A stretch of DNA of 30,085 nt from Fidelibacterota bacterium (GTDB lineage Bacteria; Fidelibacterota; Marinisomatia; SCGC-AAA003-L08; JACNLC01), in assembly GCA_013204025.1 (NCBI GenBank), contig JABMOW010000074.1, forward strand, positions 1 through 30,085, in the 5' to 3' direction. A program made the translations under genes and the position numbers. Numbering within the stretch: position 1 is the first letter of the stretch; every line of letters starts with the position of its first letter. Under the pieces are notes generated by a model. The model did not search any database. It worked only from the letters and a program-made list of their open reading frames with translations, and had not been told where the DNA came from. This document shows, piece by piece, positions 14,669 through 23,728 of this stretch.

Positions 14669-16024
14669 TTATTTTAGCGGAAAGTAAATATTTTCAACTT
14701 TTTGGACTTTCCCTGCATTCAACAAGATTTTAGCTATAAATCCAAGTTTCATTCTGGTTTCTCCAAGGGGTTTTTCCATTTCCGAAATTTTCACACCTTT
14801 GGGATGTTTGTTGATATAATCAAGTATCTTATTTTCCAAAGTTTTCGGACTTGTTGGTTCTGGAGTGTTAACCAGGGGTTTAGGTTTAGCTGGAGTTTCA
14901 TTTGTTGCCATGAGAACTACGGGGTTTGGTTTGGTTTCAACAGGGATTTCCTTTGTTGGCATTGCTGCCACAGGCGGTTTTGGTTTAGCCGGAGTTTCCT
15001 CTGTTGCCATGAGAACTACGGGGTTTGGTTTGGTTTCAACAGGAGTTTCCTGAGTTTCCATTGCAGCCACAGGCACTTTTGGTTTGGTTTCTGCCGGAGT
15101 TTCCTTTTTTGCCTGATCCTTTACTACTTGCTTAGGCGATATAATAATGCCCATTTTTCTTATTTGAGATATAGAGTCTTGCATATTTTTCCATGTTGCA
15201 GTAGCCTCTCCTCTGTCTTTTGATAGATAACCAAGCATTCCATTAGTATATTTCTGAATTCCATTTACTTCATTACGAATTCCTTTAATAGCCCCATGTA
15301 TCCCGGTCATGATTGACCTGTATCCGCTAAGTCTTTCTGCTTCTCCAGTATCAAGGTCTTTTCTCAACTTTTGAGCCATTTGTTGGTTTTCTGTACTTAT
15401 TTCAGACAATTTTTTTTGAAACCCATTCAACAGGGTTTTGGTATATTCAACTCTTTCAGTCAGATTTTTACTTAATTCTGCTCTAAGCTCATCCGTCATT
15501 TCCATATGCTCATTCTCAAATCTTTTGAGCATATCGTTGGTGTTTTTGAAAATACTCAAAACCTCGTCGTTGATACTTTTAATATCATCGTTGATATTTT
15601 TCATGAGCGTACCAAATTCCTTCATCCGATTTTTTTCATTCCCCAATCTGTCAGCTTTTCCTTGTGCAAAAGATTTATTTAATTCGTCTGCCATTTGTTC
15701 TCTATTGGCAGCGAATTCATTGATCATATTTAAGGTGCAAGTTTGAATTGTCTTTACATCTTTCTGAATGGATGTGATCGTGCTATGGATATTCGTCATT
15801 AATTCATTGTAGGTGTTCAGGCGTTCTTTTTCATCACCTGCTAGGCCTTTTTTTAAGGCCATAGCATTGGCATTTATAACACTGGTCATTTTCTGGTGAT
15901 CTTTTCGAAAACCATCGAGGGTTTTCTGTACATCGCTTACAAGATCTTCATTTTCCTTGATTCGCTGTTTAAATGAAGCAAGTATGTCTTCACTCAAATT
16001 TTTCATTTCTGATGCTAATCCCAT
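14669..16024 (-). CDS. Repeat-rich helical protein, candidate GvpC-like gas-vesicle shell/scaffold protein, with a C-terminal winged-helix-like domain
   Basis: It contains ~60-aa degenerate helical repeats built around (D/G)x(K/A)(E/D)RL(N/S)xY(N/R)x(L/I)MT(N/G)IH(S/G)xI(T/K)xI(Q/R)x(D/E)V(K/N)xIQ, written with slashes for alternatives. Two and a half tandem 33-aa Pro/Lys-rich repeats follow (ETKPNPVVLMATEETPAKPKPPVAAM..). The C-terminal ~60 aa (..KILDYINKHPKGVKISEMEKPLGETRMKLGFIAKILLNAGKV) look like a winged helix. Confidence 0.7.
   Translation of the reverse strand: MGLASEMKNLSEDILASFKQRIKENEDLVSDVQKTLDGFRKDHQKMTSVINANAMALKKGLAGDEKERLNTYNELMTNIHSTITSIQKDVKTIQTCTLNMINEFAANREQMADELNKSFAQGKADRLGNEKNRMKEFGTLMKNINDDIKSINDEVLSIFKNTNDMLKRFENEHMEMTDELRAELSKNLTERVEYTKTLLNGFQKKLSEISTENQQMAQKLRKDLDTGEAERLSGYRSIMTGIHGAIKGIRNEVNGIQKYTNGMLGYLSKDRGEATATWKNMQDSISQIRKMGIIISPKQVVKDQAKKETPAETKPKVPVAAMETQETPVETKPNPVVLMATEETPAKPKPPVAAMPTKEIPVETKPNPVVLMATNETPAKPKPLVNTPEPTSPKTLENKILDYINKHPKGVKISEMEKPLGETRMKLGFIAKILLNAGKVQKVENIYFPLK
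14874..15094. repeat. 99-bp tandem repeat (x2.3) inside the CDS, encoding 33-aa Pro/Lys-rich units
   Basis: Units at 14874-14972 and 14973-15071 are nearly identical. A partial third unit follows. Confidence 0.8.
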
Positions 16025-16064
16025 TTTTTACTCCTATTTGTAAATAAATGTTTGTTTACTTTTG

Positions 16065-16667
16065 TTAGTTGATTTCTTTAATGATTTGATCTTTAATCGT
16101 TTTAATATCCTGAACCATAATGTCTTCGCCCCTTTTAAGTAAGCTTTCAAAGCATTCCGTCATTCGGTAGTGCATTTTCTGAAATTCTATAAAAGTCTTC
16201 ATGACTGATTCTTTGCTCATTTCCTGTTGTATTGAGATCTGAGAAAGTTGCTCTTTGATGATAGTAACTTTTCCGTTGGCGTCCGGTGACGTATTTATAT
16301 CCAACATGTTTTTCTTTAACGACTGGGCAGCTTCTTTCTGAACTTCGATAAAGCTTAAAAACTGTTCCTCAGCCTCTTTTTCCTTTGCGTCGAGTACGTC
16401 AAGAATCCCCGACATTATAATATTGTAATCTTTTTTACGCAGAGAACCATTTTTTGCCATGGTTTCACAAAGCTTGGAATTTAATATGTCTCTTTCCTTT
16501 TTTAGATCATTTAAGGAATTATGGACATTATCGAAAAGGAGGTGGGACGATTCCGCAATATACTCTGATGATTGGAAAGCAGTTTGAATTTTTTCTACCC
16601 TGGCCTCATATGAAGTTATAATGTTGTTAATAACGCTATTTATATTCAATTTAGGGAAAGTATCCAT
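16065..16667 (-). CDS. Helical protein paralogous to the repeat unit of the 451-aa protein (second GvpC-like candidate), directly downstream of gvpA
   Basis: ..SLRKKDYNIIMSGILDVLDAKEKE.. parallels ..ERLSGYRSIMTGIHGAIKGIRNEV.. The protein is 200 aa and mostly helical. Confidence 0.65.
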   Translation of the reverse strand: MDTFPKLNINSVINNIITSYEARVEKIQTAFQSSEYIAESSHLLFDNVHNSLNDLKKERDILNSKLCETMAKNGSLRKKDYNIIMSGILDVLDAKEKEAEEQFLSFIEVQKEAAQSLKKNMLDINTSPDANGKVTIIKEQLSQISIQQEMSKESVMKTFIEFQKMHYRMTECFESLLKRGEDIMVQDIKTIKDQIIKEIN

Positions 16668-16820
16668 TATTATATTATTTTCGTTATGATTGTACTTTTA
16701 GAGATTTTGGAATTTCTGGTAGTGAAAGTGATAATCTTGGTAAAACATGCTTTTGGAGAATTAACCTGAAAGAACCTGAAAGGACGTTTTAGCAAGAATC
16801 ACTATTTAACTACAAAAGCC

Positions 16821-17027
16821 TTATGCGGCTTTCGCGGTCAATCCTATTGCTTCGGCATACTTCAGGTATGTTTCAACAGATGCAACTACTATTCTTGCTT
16901 CGATTGCAAGAAGTTCGATACCTACTAATGAAACTCTAACCCATGCATCGACTACGACACCCTTATCAAGGATTCGGTCGATAACCTCTACGAGGCTGGA
17001 TGATCCGATGGTTTTTTCTACAGCCAT
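16821..17027 (-). CDS. gvpA: Major gas vesicle structural protein GvpA
   Basis: The sequence [62 protein letters not shown] is canonical for GvpA. A strong SD (AAGGAG) lies 7 nt upstream of the ATG. Confidence 0.95.
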   Translation of the reverse strand: MAVEKTIGSSSLVEVIDRILDKGVVVDAWVRVSLVGIELLAIEARIVVASVETYLKYAEAIGLTAKAA

Positions 17028-17099
17028 TTGATGACTCCTTTTTTGATTTAATACCGCGCTTTAATTTGAGGGGCGGCTAACCTCTTTCACTTTAAGACA

Positions 17100-17117
17100 T
17101 GGCAATGATAATGCCGT
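17100..17117 (-). promoter_or_regulatory. Putative sigma-54 (-24/-12) promoter for gvpA
   Basis: The minus strand reads cGGCAttatcaTTGCc, i.e. GG-N10-GC with GGCA and TTGC elements. It lies about 75 nt upstream of the gvpA ATG. A sigma-54 enhancer-binding-protein gene is the next gene upstream. Confidence 0.45.
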
Positions 17118-17283
17118 AAAATGTTAGGAGAAAATAATAGCCCAGAATAATTGGCTAAAACCCGCTATTAGTTCTCTTAAAAAATATATTTAATATATTA
17201 TGGGAATGGATTTGGTTGAAATGATGATAAAAGGGGAAGGAGAAATAATTGAAATAATCGCACACATGTGCTGAAATAGGCTG

Positions 17284-18681
17284 TTACTTTTCGCTTTTAC
17301 AAATGGTGATGTCGTACTTTTTCATTTTTCGGATGAGGGCATCGCGAGTTATTCCAAGTTCATCAGCTGTTGCTTTTTGATTATATTTGCAGTTCTTTAA
17401 TACTTTTCGAATTGTTTTAATCTCTTGAATTCTCAGATTGGTTGAATCAACACGATCCTCTGATGAGGAGATATTATGCGGTTTTACCGGAAAGTCATTT
17501 ACCCGGAGTACGTTGCTTTTGCAAAGGATAATGGCTCTCTCAGTCATATTTTTCAATTCCCTGACATTTCCAGGAAAATCATATTTTACTAGTGCAGTAA
17601 TAGCTTCATTATCAAGCCGCATGCTAGGTTTATTAAATTGTGTTGCATAGAAATCAACAAAATGGATCAACAGGGGTTTGATGTCTTCAGGCCTATCCCT
17701 AAGTGCCGGGATATGTATATGTAGGGTATTGAGTCGGTGAAGCAAATCAAGCCTGAATTCTTTTTTCTCTACACTTTTTTGAATATCATGGTTTGTGGCA
17801 GAAATGATTCGGAAATCAGTCTTAATCGGTTTTGTTTCTCCCACCCTAGTGATCACTTTTTCTTCGGTGGCACGAAGAATTTTCGCCTGCAGATTAAAAG
17901 GCATGTCGGCAATTTCATCAAGGAACAAGGTTCCCTGATTACACACTTCAAAAAAGCCCATCTTATCGGAAATGGCACCGGTAAATGATCCTTTTTTATG
18001 GCCAAAAAATTCGCTTTCCAGAAGTGATTCAGTAATGGCACTGCTGTTAACGGCACAAAATATATTGTCTTTTTTTAAGCTTGAAAAATGTATAATTCTG
18101 GCAATATTCTCTTTTCCGGTCCCACTTTCTCCTGTGATCAGCACATTTGCATCTGGGTAATTTGCGGCAGTGATAGCTTGTTCGAATACCTCAAGAATCT
18201 GTGGGCTGACACCAATAAATTGCCGGTCGATTTTTTCTTCGAGGGTTTTTGAAATTAATGAGTTTTTTTCTTCCATCTGCTTCAATCTTCTTTGCATCTG
18301 AAGAAATTTTTGAGTACGCTTAATTGCAATCTGAATGTCGATATGCCTGAAAGGTTTACGCAAATAATCGAATGCTCCAAGCCTCATGGCTTTGATCACT
18401 GTATCCATATCGCCGTGAGCCGAAACGATGATAACCTCCATGGCAGGGAATTGAATTTTTACATCTTTTAAAATATCCAGGCCATTTATACCCGGCAACC
18501 GCACATCAAGGATGAGAAGGTCAATGTTATGACTTTTTAATAATTTTTGCGCCTCCTGCTCAGTATTTGCCTCAAATGCCACAAAGCCCGAATTCTGAAA
18601 TAATTCATGCAATTCTTCAGTAAATTGTTTTTCATCGTCCAGGATCAGGATCTCAAGTTTGTGTTGATTTTCCATACTCAT
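17284..18681 (-). CDS. Sigma-54-dependent response regulator (NtrC family: REC, AAA+ sigma-54 activator, Fis-type HTH)
   Basis: The REC domain has the Asp in LILDVRLPGINGLD. The Walker A reads GESGTGKE. A GSFTGA variant of the GAFTGA loop is present. The C-terminal HTH reads ..ATADELGITRDALIRKMKKY. It overlaps the kinase gene by 4 nt. Confidence 0.9.
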   Translation of the reverse strand: MSMENQHKLEILILDDEKQFTEELHELFQNSGFVAFEANTEQEAQKLLKSHNIDLLILDVRLPGINGLDILKDVKIQFPAMEVIIVSAHGDMDTVIKAMRLGAFDYLRKPFRHIDIQIAIKRTQKFLQMQRRLKQMEEKNSLISKTLEEKIDRQFIGVSPQILEVFEQAITAANYPDANVLITGESGTGKENIARIIHFSSLKKDNIFCAVNSSAITESLLESEFFGHKKGSFTGAISDKMGFFEVCNQGTLFLDEIADMPFNLQAKILRATEEKVITRVGETKPIKTDFRIISATNHDIQKSVEKKEFRLDLLHRLNTLHIHIPALRDRPEDIKPLLIHFVDFYATQFNKPSMRLDNEAITALVKYDFPGNVRELKNMTERAIILCKSNVLRVNDFPVKPHNISSSEDRVDSTNLRIQEIKTIRKVLKNCKYNQKATADELGITRDALIRKMKKYDITICKSEK

Positions 18682-21600
18682 TCTTTATTTTGTAAATTTA
18701 TAATTATATGAAAAGTTGAGCCATCAAATATATTGCTCGATACTTCTATTGTGCCATTCATCTCTTGTATTATCCGATATGAAATTGACAATCCAAGTCC
18801 AGTACCTTTCCCGGTATCCTTGGTTGTATAAAAAGGAAGCATAATATGTTCACTATCCTCTTCGCTGATGCCGGTACCATTATCGCTAATTTCAATAATA
18901 AGATCTTGGTCCTCCAGAAATGATCTAATCCCGACGAACATATCAAATTCCTCTGATAATTTGCCTTTCTTTTCAAGCAGCGCATCTTTGGCATTTGATA
19001 ACAGATTAAGGATAACCTGTTCAAATTTTATATTATTACCAATAATTAAAGGAATACTTTCTTCCAATTGTAGATTTAGACTGATGGCCAAATGTTTAAA
19101 TTGTTCCGATATCATCATGATAGTATTTTGGATACTTACATTAATATCAAAGGCTGTTAGAAGGTAATCATCGCGGCTTCTTGAAAATGCCTTGACGTGA
19201 TCTATGATGTTTCTTATCCGTGTAATATTTTCAAAAATTTTATTCGATTTTTTCTTTAGGTATTCTTTTTCGATTATTTCCTCTTTGGTAGCCTCGTATA
19301 AGACATTATCCATAACCATTGATATGATATTTAATGGCTGGTTAATTTCATGTGCAATGCCAGAGGCCATTTCTCCCAGACTGGCCATACGATCAGAGTG
19401 AATCTGCTTTATTTCCATTTTCTTGCGTTGGGAAATATCGCGGATAATAACCATGAATGCAATTGACTTTCCATCCGGGTCCTGAATTAAAGTAGAGTTG
19501 ATTTCACCTATAAGTGTCGATCGGTCTTGTTTTCTGAATTGTATTTCAATATTTTGTTCAAGCCCTTCATCCATTGTCTTTTCAATAAGCTTTTTTAACT
19601 TATTTCTTCCAGCAGATGGAACAAATTTGGAAAAATGTTTGCCCAGTAAGTCACTTCTGAAGTCGGCGCCAATTAATTCAAGCCCGATATCAGAAACCTC
19701 GATAATGATTCCTTTCATGTTGAATATTAAAATACCATCGGGAGAAGCATTTAGCATCGTTTTGTATTTCTCTTCGCTTACTTTTAGTGCGTGTTCTGCT
19801 ATTTTGCGTTCTGTGATGTCGCGTATAAATGCATAGTATCGTCCGCCCTCGGTCAGCACGAAATTAACACTGATCTCAATATTTATAGTTCTGCCGTCTT
19901 TACAACGATGTTGGGTCTCAAAGCGATCATAACCAAAATCTCTCACCAACTGTATGTGTGGTTCGATCTCTTCCGAGTTTTCCTGAATATCAACATCTTT
20001 GAAGCTCATTTTTAACAATTCTTCCCGGCTGTAGCCGATTAAATTGCAATAGGCATTGTTCACATCCAGAAAGCGTCCTTGAGAGTCCGACATAATGAAA
20101 CCATCCATCGCCGCTTTAATAATCGATCCATGCTCTTCCTCGGAATGCATGCGCTTGGTGATGTCTTCGAAAGTAGAGTATACTTGATATGCTTTCTTTT
20201 TTCCCGGGTTGAACAGAGGGATAGAATTAATATTTATCCAACGAGTTTCTTCAATTTTAGGATTAAATACTCCCATAATTGCATTGCTTACCGGTTTCCC
20301 TGTTTTTAAAGCCACCATGGCAGGGTGTGTATCTCCGGGAAAATCCGTGCCGTCCTCGTGGATGGATTTCCATCGTGGATCAGTAGAGGTGCGTCCTTGC
20401 ATCTGATCTAACGAAAGTCCCAGGATGTGCTCTGCCGAGGGATTTGCTGAAATTATCTTTCCCTTTTTATCTTGATGCACTACACCCTGGATCATGGTTT
20501 CAAACAAATTGCGAAATTTTATTTCGCTGTCCCTTCTTTCATTCTCAAATTGAATTCGTTGAGTGATATCTGATGAAATGCCTAACAAATATTCCGATTT
20601 CCCATATTTATCAAGGATAGGGATTTTTTGTGTCTGTAAAATTCTTATGCCTTTATTCTTGGTATGAATCGATTCTTCAGGCATATACGTCAGACCAGAT
20701 CCCTTTAATGTTTTCTTATCCTTTGAAGTAAAGAAATCAGCTTCTTTCTTAGTAAAAAAGTCATAATCATTTTTACCAAATAGTTCATCTCTCGAATAAC
20801 CAAGCAGTTCTTCGCCAGCTTTATTAAGGCGTACAAAGGTCAAATCTTTGGCATCTTTAAGGAAGATCATATCAGGAATATTTTCTATAATGGAGTCTAG
20901 AAGTAGATTAGTTCTTTTTAACTCATCCTCCATCTGCTTGCGCTGTGTGATGTCGTGAACAATACCATCAAAATATAAAATGGTCCCGGTATCGTCGTAT
21001 ACCACTTTCGCACTTTCGCTTACAAAAAGTTTCGTTCCGTCTTGCTTTATCCAGGCAGATTCAAATTCAAGTATTTGTCCATCTCTTTCAATTTTTCCCA
21101 TAAAAACTGAATGCTGATAATTGGGATCAAATCCTTCCTCTTCCAAATTACGATGTGCAAGTTCTTCAAACGAGGAAAAGCCCAGCATTTTTACCAAGGT
21201 TGGATTCGCCATCAGGATTCTACCATCTTGAGTAGTTCGATATAATCCGATTAAAGTATTTTCATAAACACTACGGAATCGTTTGTCACTGTCTTTTTGT
21301 TCCTTCTCCACTTGCTTGCGTTGGGTTATGTCAAGGTTAATGCCCACCCATTTCATTATTTTACCAGTATCATCCTTAATCGGTCTTCCGATAGCTAGAA
21401 CATTTCGATAGCTGCCGTCTTTTGCTCTGAATTGGTGTTCCTTCTCATAGTCTGCCCCAGTTTCGACACAACTGATCCAGTGATCTTTTGTCGGTTCAAC
21501 ATCCTCAGGTGGTAATAAACTCAGCCAGCCAAATTTTTGTATTTGTTCCATTGTCATACCGGTCATTTCAAGGAACGAAGAACTGCAATACGTACAATAG

Positions 21601-22874
21601 CCGGTGGCATCTGTAGTCCAGGCCCCATAGTCGATTGTCTCACCGAGAGTTCGATACTGCAATTCGCTCTGGATAAGTTCCTTCTCCGCTTGCTTGCGTT
21701 CGGTGATATTTTCCTGTATCACCACAACGTTTGTCACCTTGCCTTCAGGAGAAAATATTGGGAAAAATTTTATTTTAACAAAAATTTTATTATTGTTATA
21801 TGGTGAAATGTATTCTTGCTCGAGTACATCTATCTCATTCCCATTTAATGCTTCCCTAATATGTTTATCAACACCGTATTCAATATTTTGTGGTACAGTA
21901 AGCGCGTTTGTTCCAAGAATTAAATCTTTATCGGGAACAGCATAAAATTTCAGAAACGCTTCATTAACAACCAATAGAATGCCATTGTCATCCAACACAA
22001 AAGTGGAAAGCGGTGACTGCTGTATGAGACGTTCAAGGAACTCGCTTTTTCTTTTTACTTCCTCCTCCGCCTGCTTGCGATCGGTGATGTCTTTTGTAAA
22101 GCCAAGAAATCGTGTTTCCGAAAGTTTAATGGCTTCTACAGTCCACCATCGAGTGGTCCCGTTTTTATATTTGAACCGCATATCTGCTGTTGCTGCGCCG
22201 GTTTCACGTATTTTTTTGAATTGAACCGAGTCATCTTTTGACGATTCTTCCGTACTCATATCCGAGATTGACATTTTTAAAAGTTCATTTTTCGAATACC
22301 CGGTTATTCTGCATGCTGCTTCGTTCACTTCGATATATTTCCCGAGTTCATTTACAACAAAAACGCCATCAGGAGCATTATCAACGTAACTCCGATATTT
22401 TTCTTCACTCCTTACAAGGGCTTTGTTAATTCTGGTCAATTCGTCGGCAGATTTTTTCAGTGCCAACGCGTCCTTGACAATGATCTGTTTCTGTTCGAAT
22501 AGATTAAGAAATACTTCGATTTTACTTAGTAGAATATGATAGTTGACTGGTTTGAAGATATAATCGACTGCCCCGGAATTATACCCTTCAATCACACCAA
22601 TATCGTTGGGACCGGCTGCCGTAAGAAAAATGATTGGTACTTTATTATCGGATCTTTTTTCATTCATCTTTATCGCCAGTTCATAACCACTCATACTGGG
22701 CATCCGAACGTCGATGATTGCCAATGAAAGTTCAATTCCCTTAATTTTCTTCAGGGCTTCATACCCAGAACGCGCCGATATCAGATTAGCTTTTGTTTTC
22801 TTAAGGACTACTTCAAGAAAGGTCAGATTGGCTTCGGTGTCATCTACAATAAGTATGTTTGGTAGATAATCCAT
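18678..22874 (-). CDS. Hybrid sensor histidine kinase: N-terminal REC, multiple PAS/PAC domains, HisKA and HATPase_c (1398 aa)
   Basis: The N-terminal REC reads ILIVDDTEAN..AIIDVRMP. There are at least six PAS-like modules, each ending in ..DIT(Q/E)RK(Q/K)AE... The H-box reads GIAHEINQPLN, the N-box LNLLSNAKDAL, and the G-boxes ISDNGTGIS and GTGLGLSIS. Confidence 0.9.
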   Translation of the reverse strand: MDYLPNILIVDDTEANLTFLEVVLKKTKANLISARSGYEALKKIKGIELSLAIIDVRMPSMSGYELAIKMNEKRSDNKVPIIFLTAAGPNDIGVIEGYNSGAVDYIFKPVNYHILLSKIEVFLNLFEQKQIIVKDALALKKSADELTRINKALVRSEEKYRSYVDNAPDGVFVVNELGKYIEVNEAACRITGYSKNELLKMSISDMSTEESSKDDSVQFKKIRETGAATADMRFKYKNGTTRWWTVEAIKLSETRFLGFTKDITDRKQAEEEVKRKSEFLERLIQQSPLSTFVLDDNGILLVVNEAFLKFYAVPDKDLILGTNALTVPQNIEYGVDKHIREALNGNEIDVLEQEYISPYNNNKIFVKIKFFPIFSPEGKVTNVVVIQENITERKQAEKELIQSELQYRTLGETIDYGAWTTDATGYCTYCSSSFLEMTGMTMEQIQKFGWLSLLPPEDVEPTKDHWISCVETGADYEKEHQFRAKDGSYRNVLAIGRPIKDDTGKIMKWVGINLDITQRKQVEKEQKDSDKRFRSVYENTLIGLYRTTQDGRILMANPTLVKMLGFSSFEELAHRNLEEEGFDPNYQHSVFMGKIERDGQILEFESAWIKQDGTKLFVSESAKVVYDDTGTILYFDGIVHDITQRKQMEDELKRTNLLLDSIIENIPDMIFLKDAKDLTFVRLNKAGEELLGYSRDELFGKNDYDFFTKKEADFFTSKDKKTLKGSGLTYMPEESIHTKNKGIRILQTQKIPILDKYGKSEYLLGISSDITQRIQFENERRDSEIKFRNLFETMIQGVVHQDKKGKIISANPSAEHILGLSLDQMQGRTSTDPRWKSIHEDGTDFPGDTHPAMVALKTGKPVSNAIMGVFNPKIEETRWININSIPLFNPGKKKAYQVYSTFEDITKRMHSEEEHGSIIKAAMDGFIMSDSQGRFLDVNNAYCNLIGYSREELLKMSFKDVDIQENSEEIEPHIQLVRDFGYDRFETQHRCKDGRTINIEISVNFVLTEGGRYYAFIRDITERKIAEHALKVSEEKYKTMLNASPDGILIFNMKGIIIEVSDIGLELIGADFRSDLLGKHFSKFVPSAGRNKLKKLIEKTMDEGLEQNIEIQFRKQDRSTLIGEINSTLIQDPDGKSIAFMVIIRDISQRKKMEIKQIHSDRMASLGEMASGIAHEINQPLNIISMVMDNVLYEATKEEIIEKEYLKKKSNKIFENITRIRNIIDHVKAFSRSRDDYLLTAFDINVSIQNTIMMISEQFKHLAISLNLQLEESIPLIIGNNIKFEQVILNLLSNAKDALLEKKGKLSEEFDMFVGIRSFLEDQDLIIEISDNGTGISEEDSEHIMLPFYTTKDTGKGTGLGLSISYRIIQEMNGTIEVSSNIFDGSTFHIIINLQNKE

Positions 22875-23011
22875 TACAAATTAAATTCCCCATTTCTAAC
22901 TAAAATGCTTTTTATCTGTGGATAGTCAAAGCGATTGGACGTCTTCGACCTAAAAGTTGTGTTGTGTATCCATTGAAACATCGATCTAGCCAAGCGAGTC
23001 TGAAGTAAAAG

Positions 23012-23185
23012 AATTCAATTTACAGATATCTCTAATAGTCCGTACATGGTCTTTTGTAATGGGTTATTTTTGAATTTTTTGATGTAGTCCGCTGCTCCTA
23101 ACACTTTTCTAATTTGTCTTTCCATCAATAGTGCATCAGCAGGGTAATCTTCGAGAATTAAAATATGTATTATTTTTTCCATTGA
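23012..23185 (-). pseudogene. Orphan N-terminal fragment of a receiver (REC) domain (~57 aa)
   Basis: Translation of an unlisted short ORF gives MEKIIHILILEDYPADALLMERQIRKVLG.., which is the beta1-alpha1 region of a REC domain. It lacks the rest of the domain. It lies immediately downstream of repeat copy 1. Confidence 0.4.
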
Positions 23186-23221
23186 CCTTTATAATTAAAA
23201 TCTGTCATTAGACTCTCACAA

Positions 23222-23565
23222 GGTATCTTTGAAAATATGAGTTGAATTTTGAATCACTGACTCCAGAAATAACTCTGAAAAGTGTGTAATTTCAATATCC
23301 ACTCCAAGTAAAAAATACATAGACAGGTGGTTGCCAACAAACTCATATTGAAGGTCATTTTCATGTGGCTTTAACAAATTTCTGATATTTGTCCAATAAA
23401 AAATGATAGCAGGAGTTGGATACTCTTTCGTATAACTCCTGTATTTACAACGCTTTCAACGATAATAATATACTAGAGTATGTACTTTGAATAATTTCTT
23501 GTGTACTTTTACGTAATTGTTTTTCGATGTTCCGTCGAGCGAGAAGTGTACTTATAAAAACTGGG
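23222..23565. repeat. ~345-bp diverged direct repeat, copy 1 (~80% identity to 27607-27950); part of it encodes a degenerate HATPase_c N-box/G1-region fragment on the minus strand
   Basis: Direct by-eye alignment. The minus-strand translation ..NLLKPHENDLQYEFVGNHLSMYFLLGVDIEITHFSELFLESVIQNSTHIFKDTL* is conserved with copy 2 at the protein level. Confidence 0.7.
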
Positions 23566-23728
23566 GGTTGGGGTTTGTGTTAAAAAGTACGTTTAATATG
23601 TTGGGAATACATGCTTCTCGTTCCACAAAGATTTGGCCGTCCACAACATCTCCACAATAGAAAGCCACTGTGAATCCAAAATTTTGAAGTCGATTTTCAA
23701 TCTGAATATGCAAAATTCAGATGCGAAA

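Noticed and set aside
14874-15094. Equating the 33-aa tandem repeats with cyanobacterial GvpC 33-residue repeats
   Set aside because: The periodicity matches, but the composition does not. These units are Pro/Lys-rich and likely disordered linkers, not amphipathic helices. The GvpC analogy rests on the helical ~60-aa repeats and genomic position instead.
16755-16780. Tandem AACCTGAAAG x2 between gvpA and the next gene, considered as an attenuator or terminator
   Set aside because: It is a direct repeat, not an inverted one, and no stable hairpin plus U-tract could be found in the gvpA 3' region.
17099-17117. Reading the palindromic GGCA-N-TGCC element as a plus-strand sigma-54 promoter
   Set aside because: On the plus strand the -12 element would be ATGC rather than TTGC, and it would point into the 3' end of the convergently oriented regulator gene. 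The minus-strand reading toward gvpA fits better.
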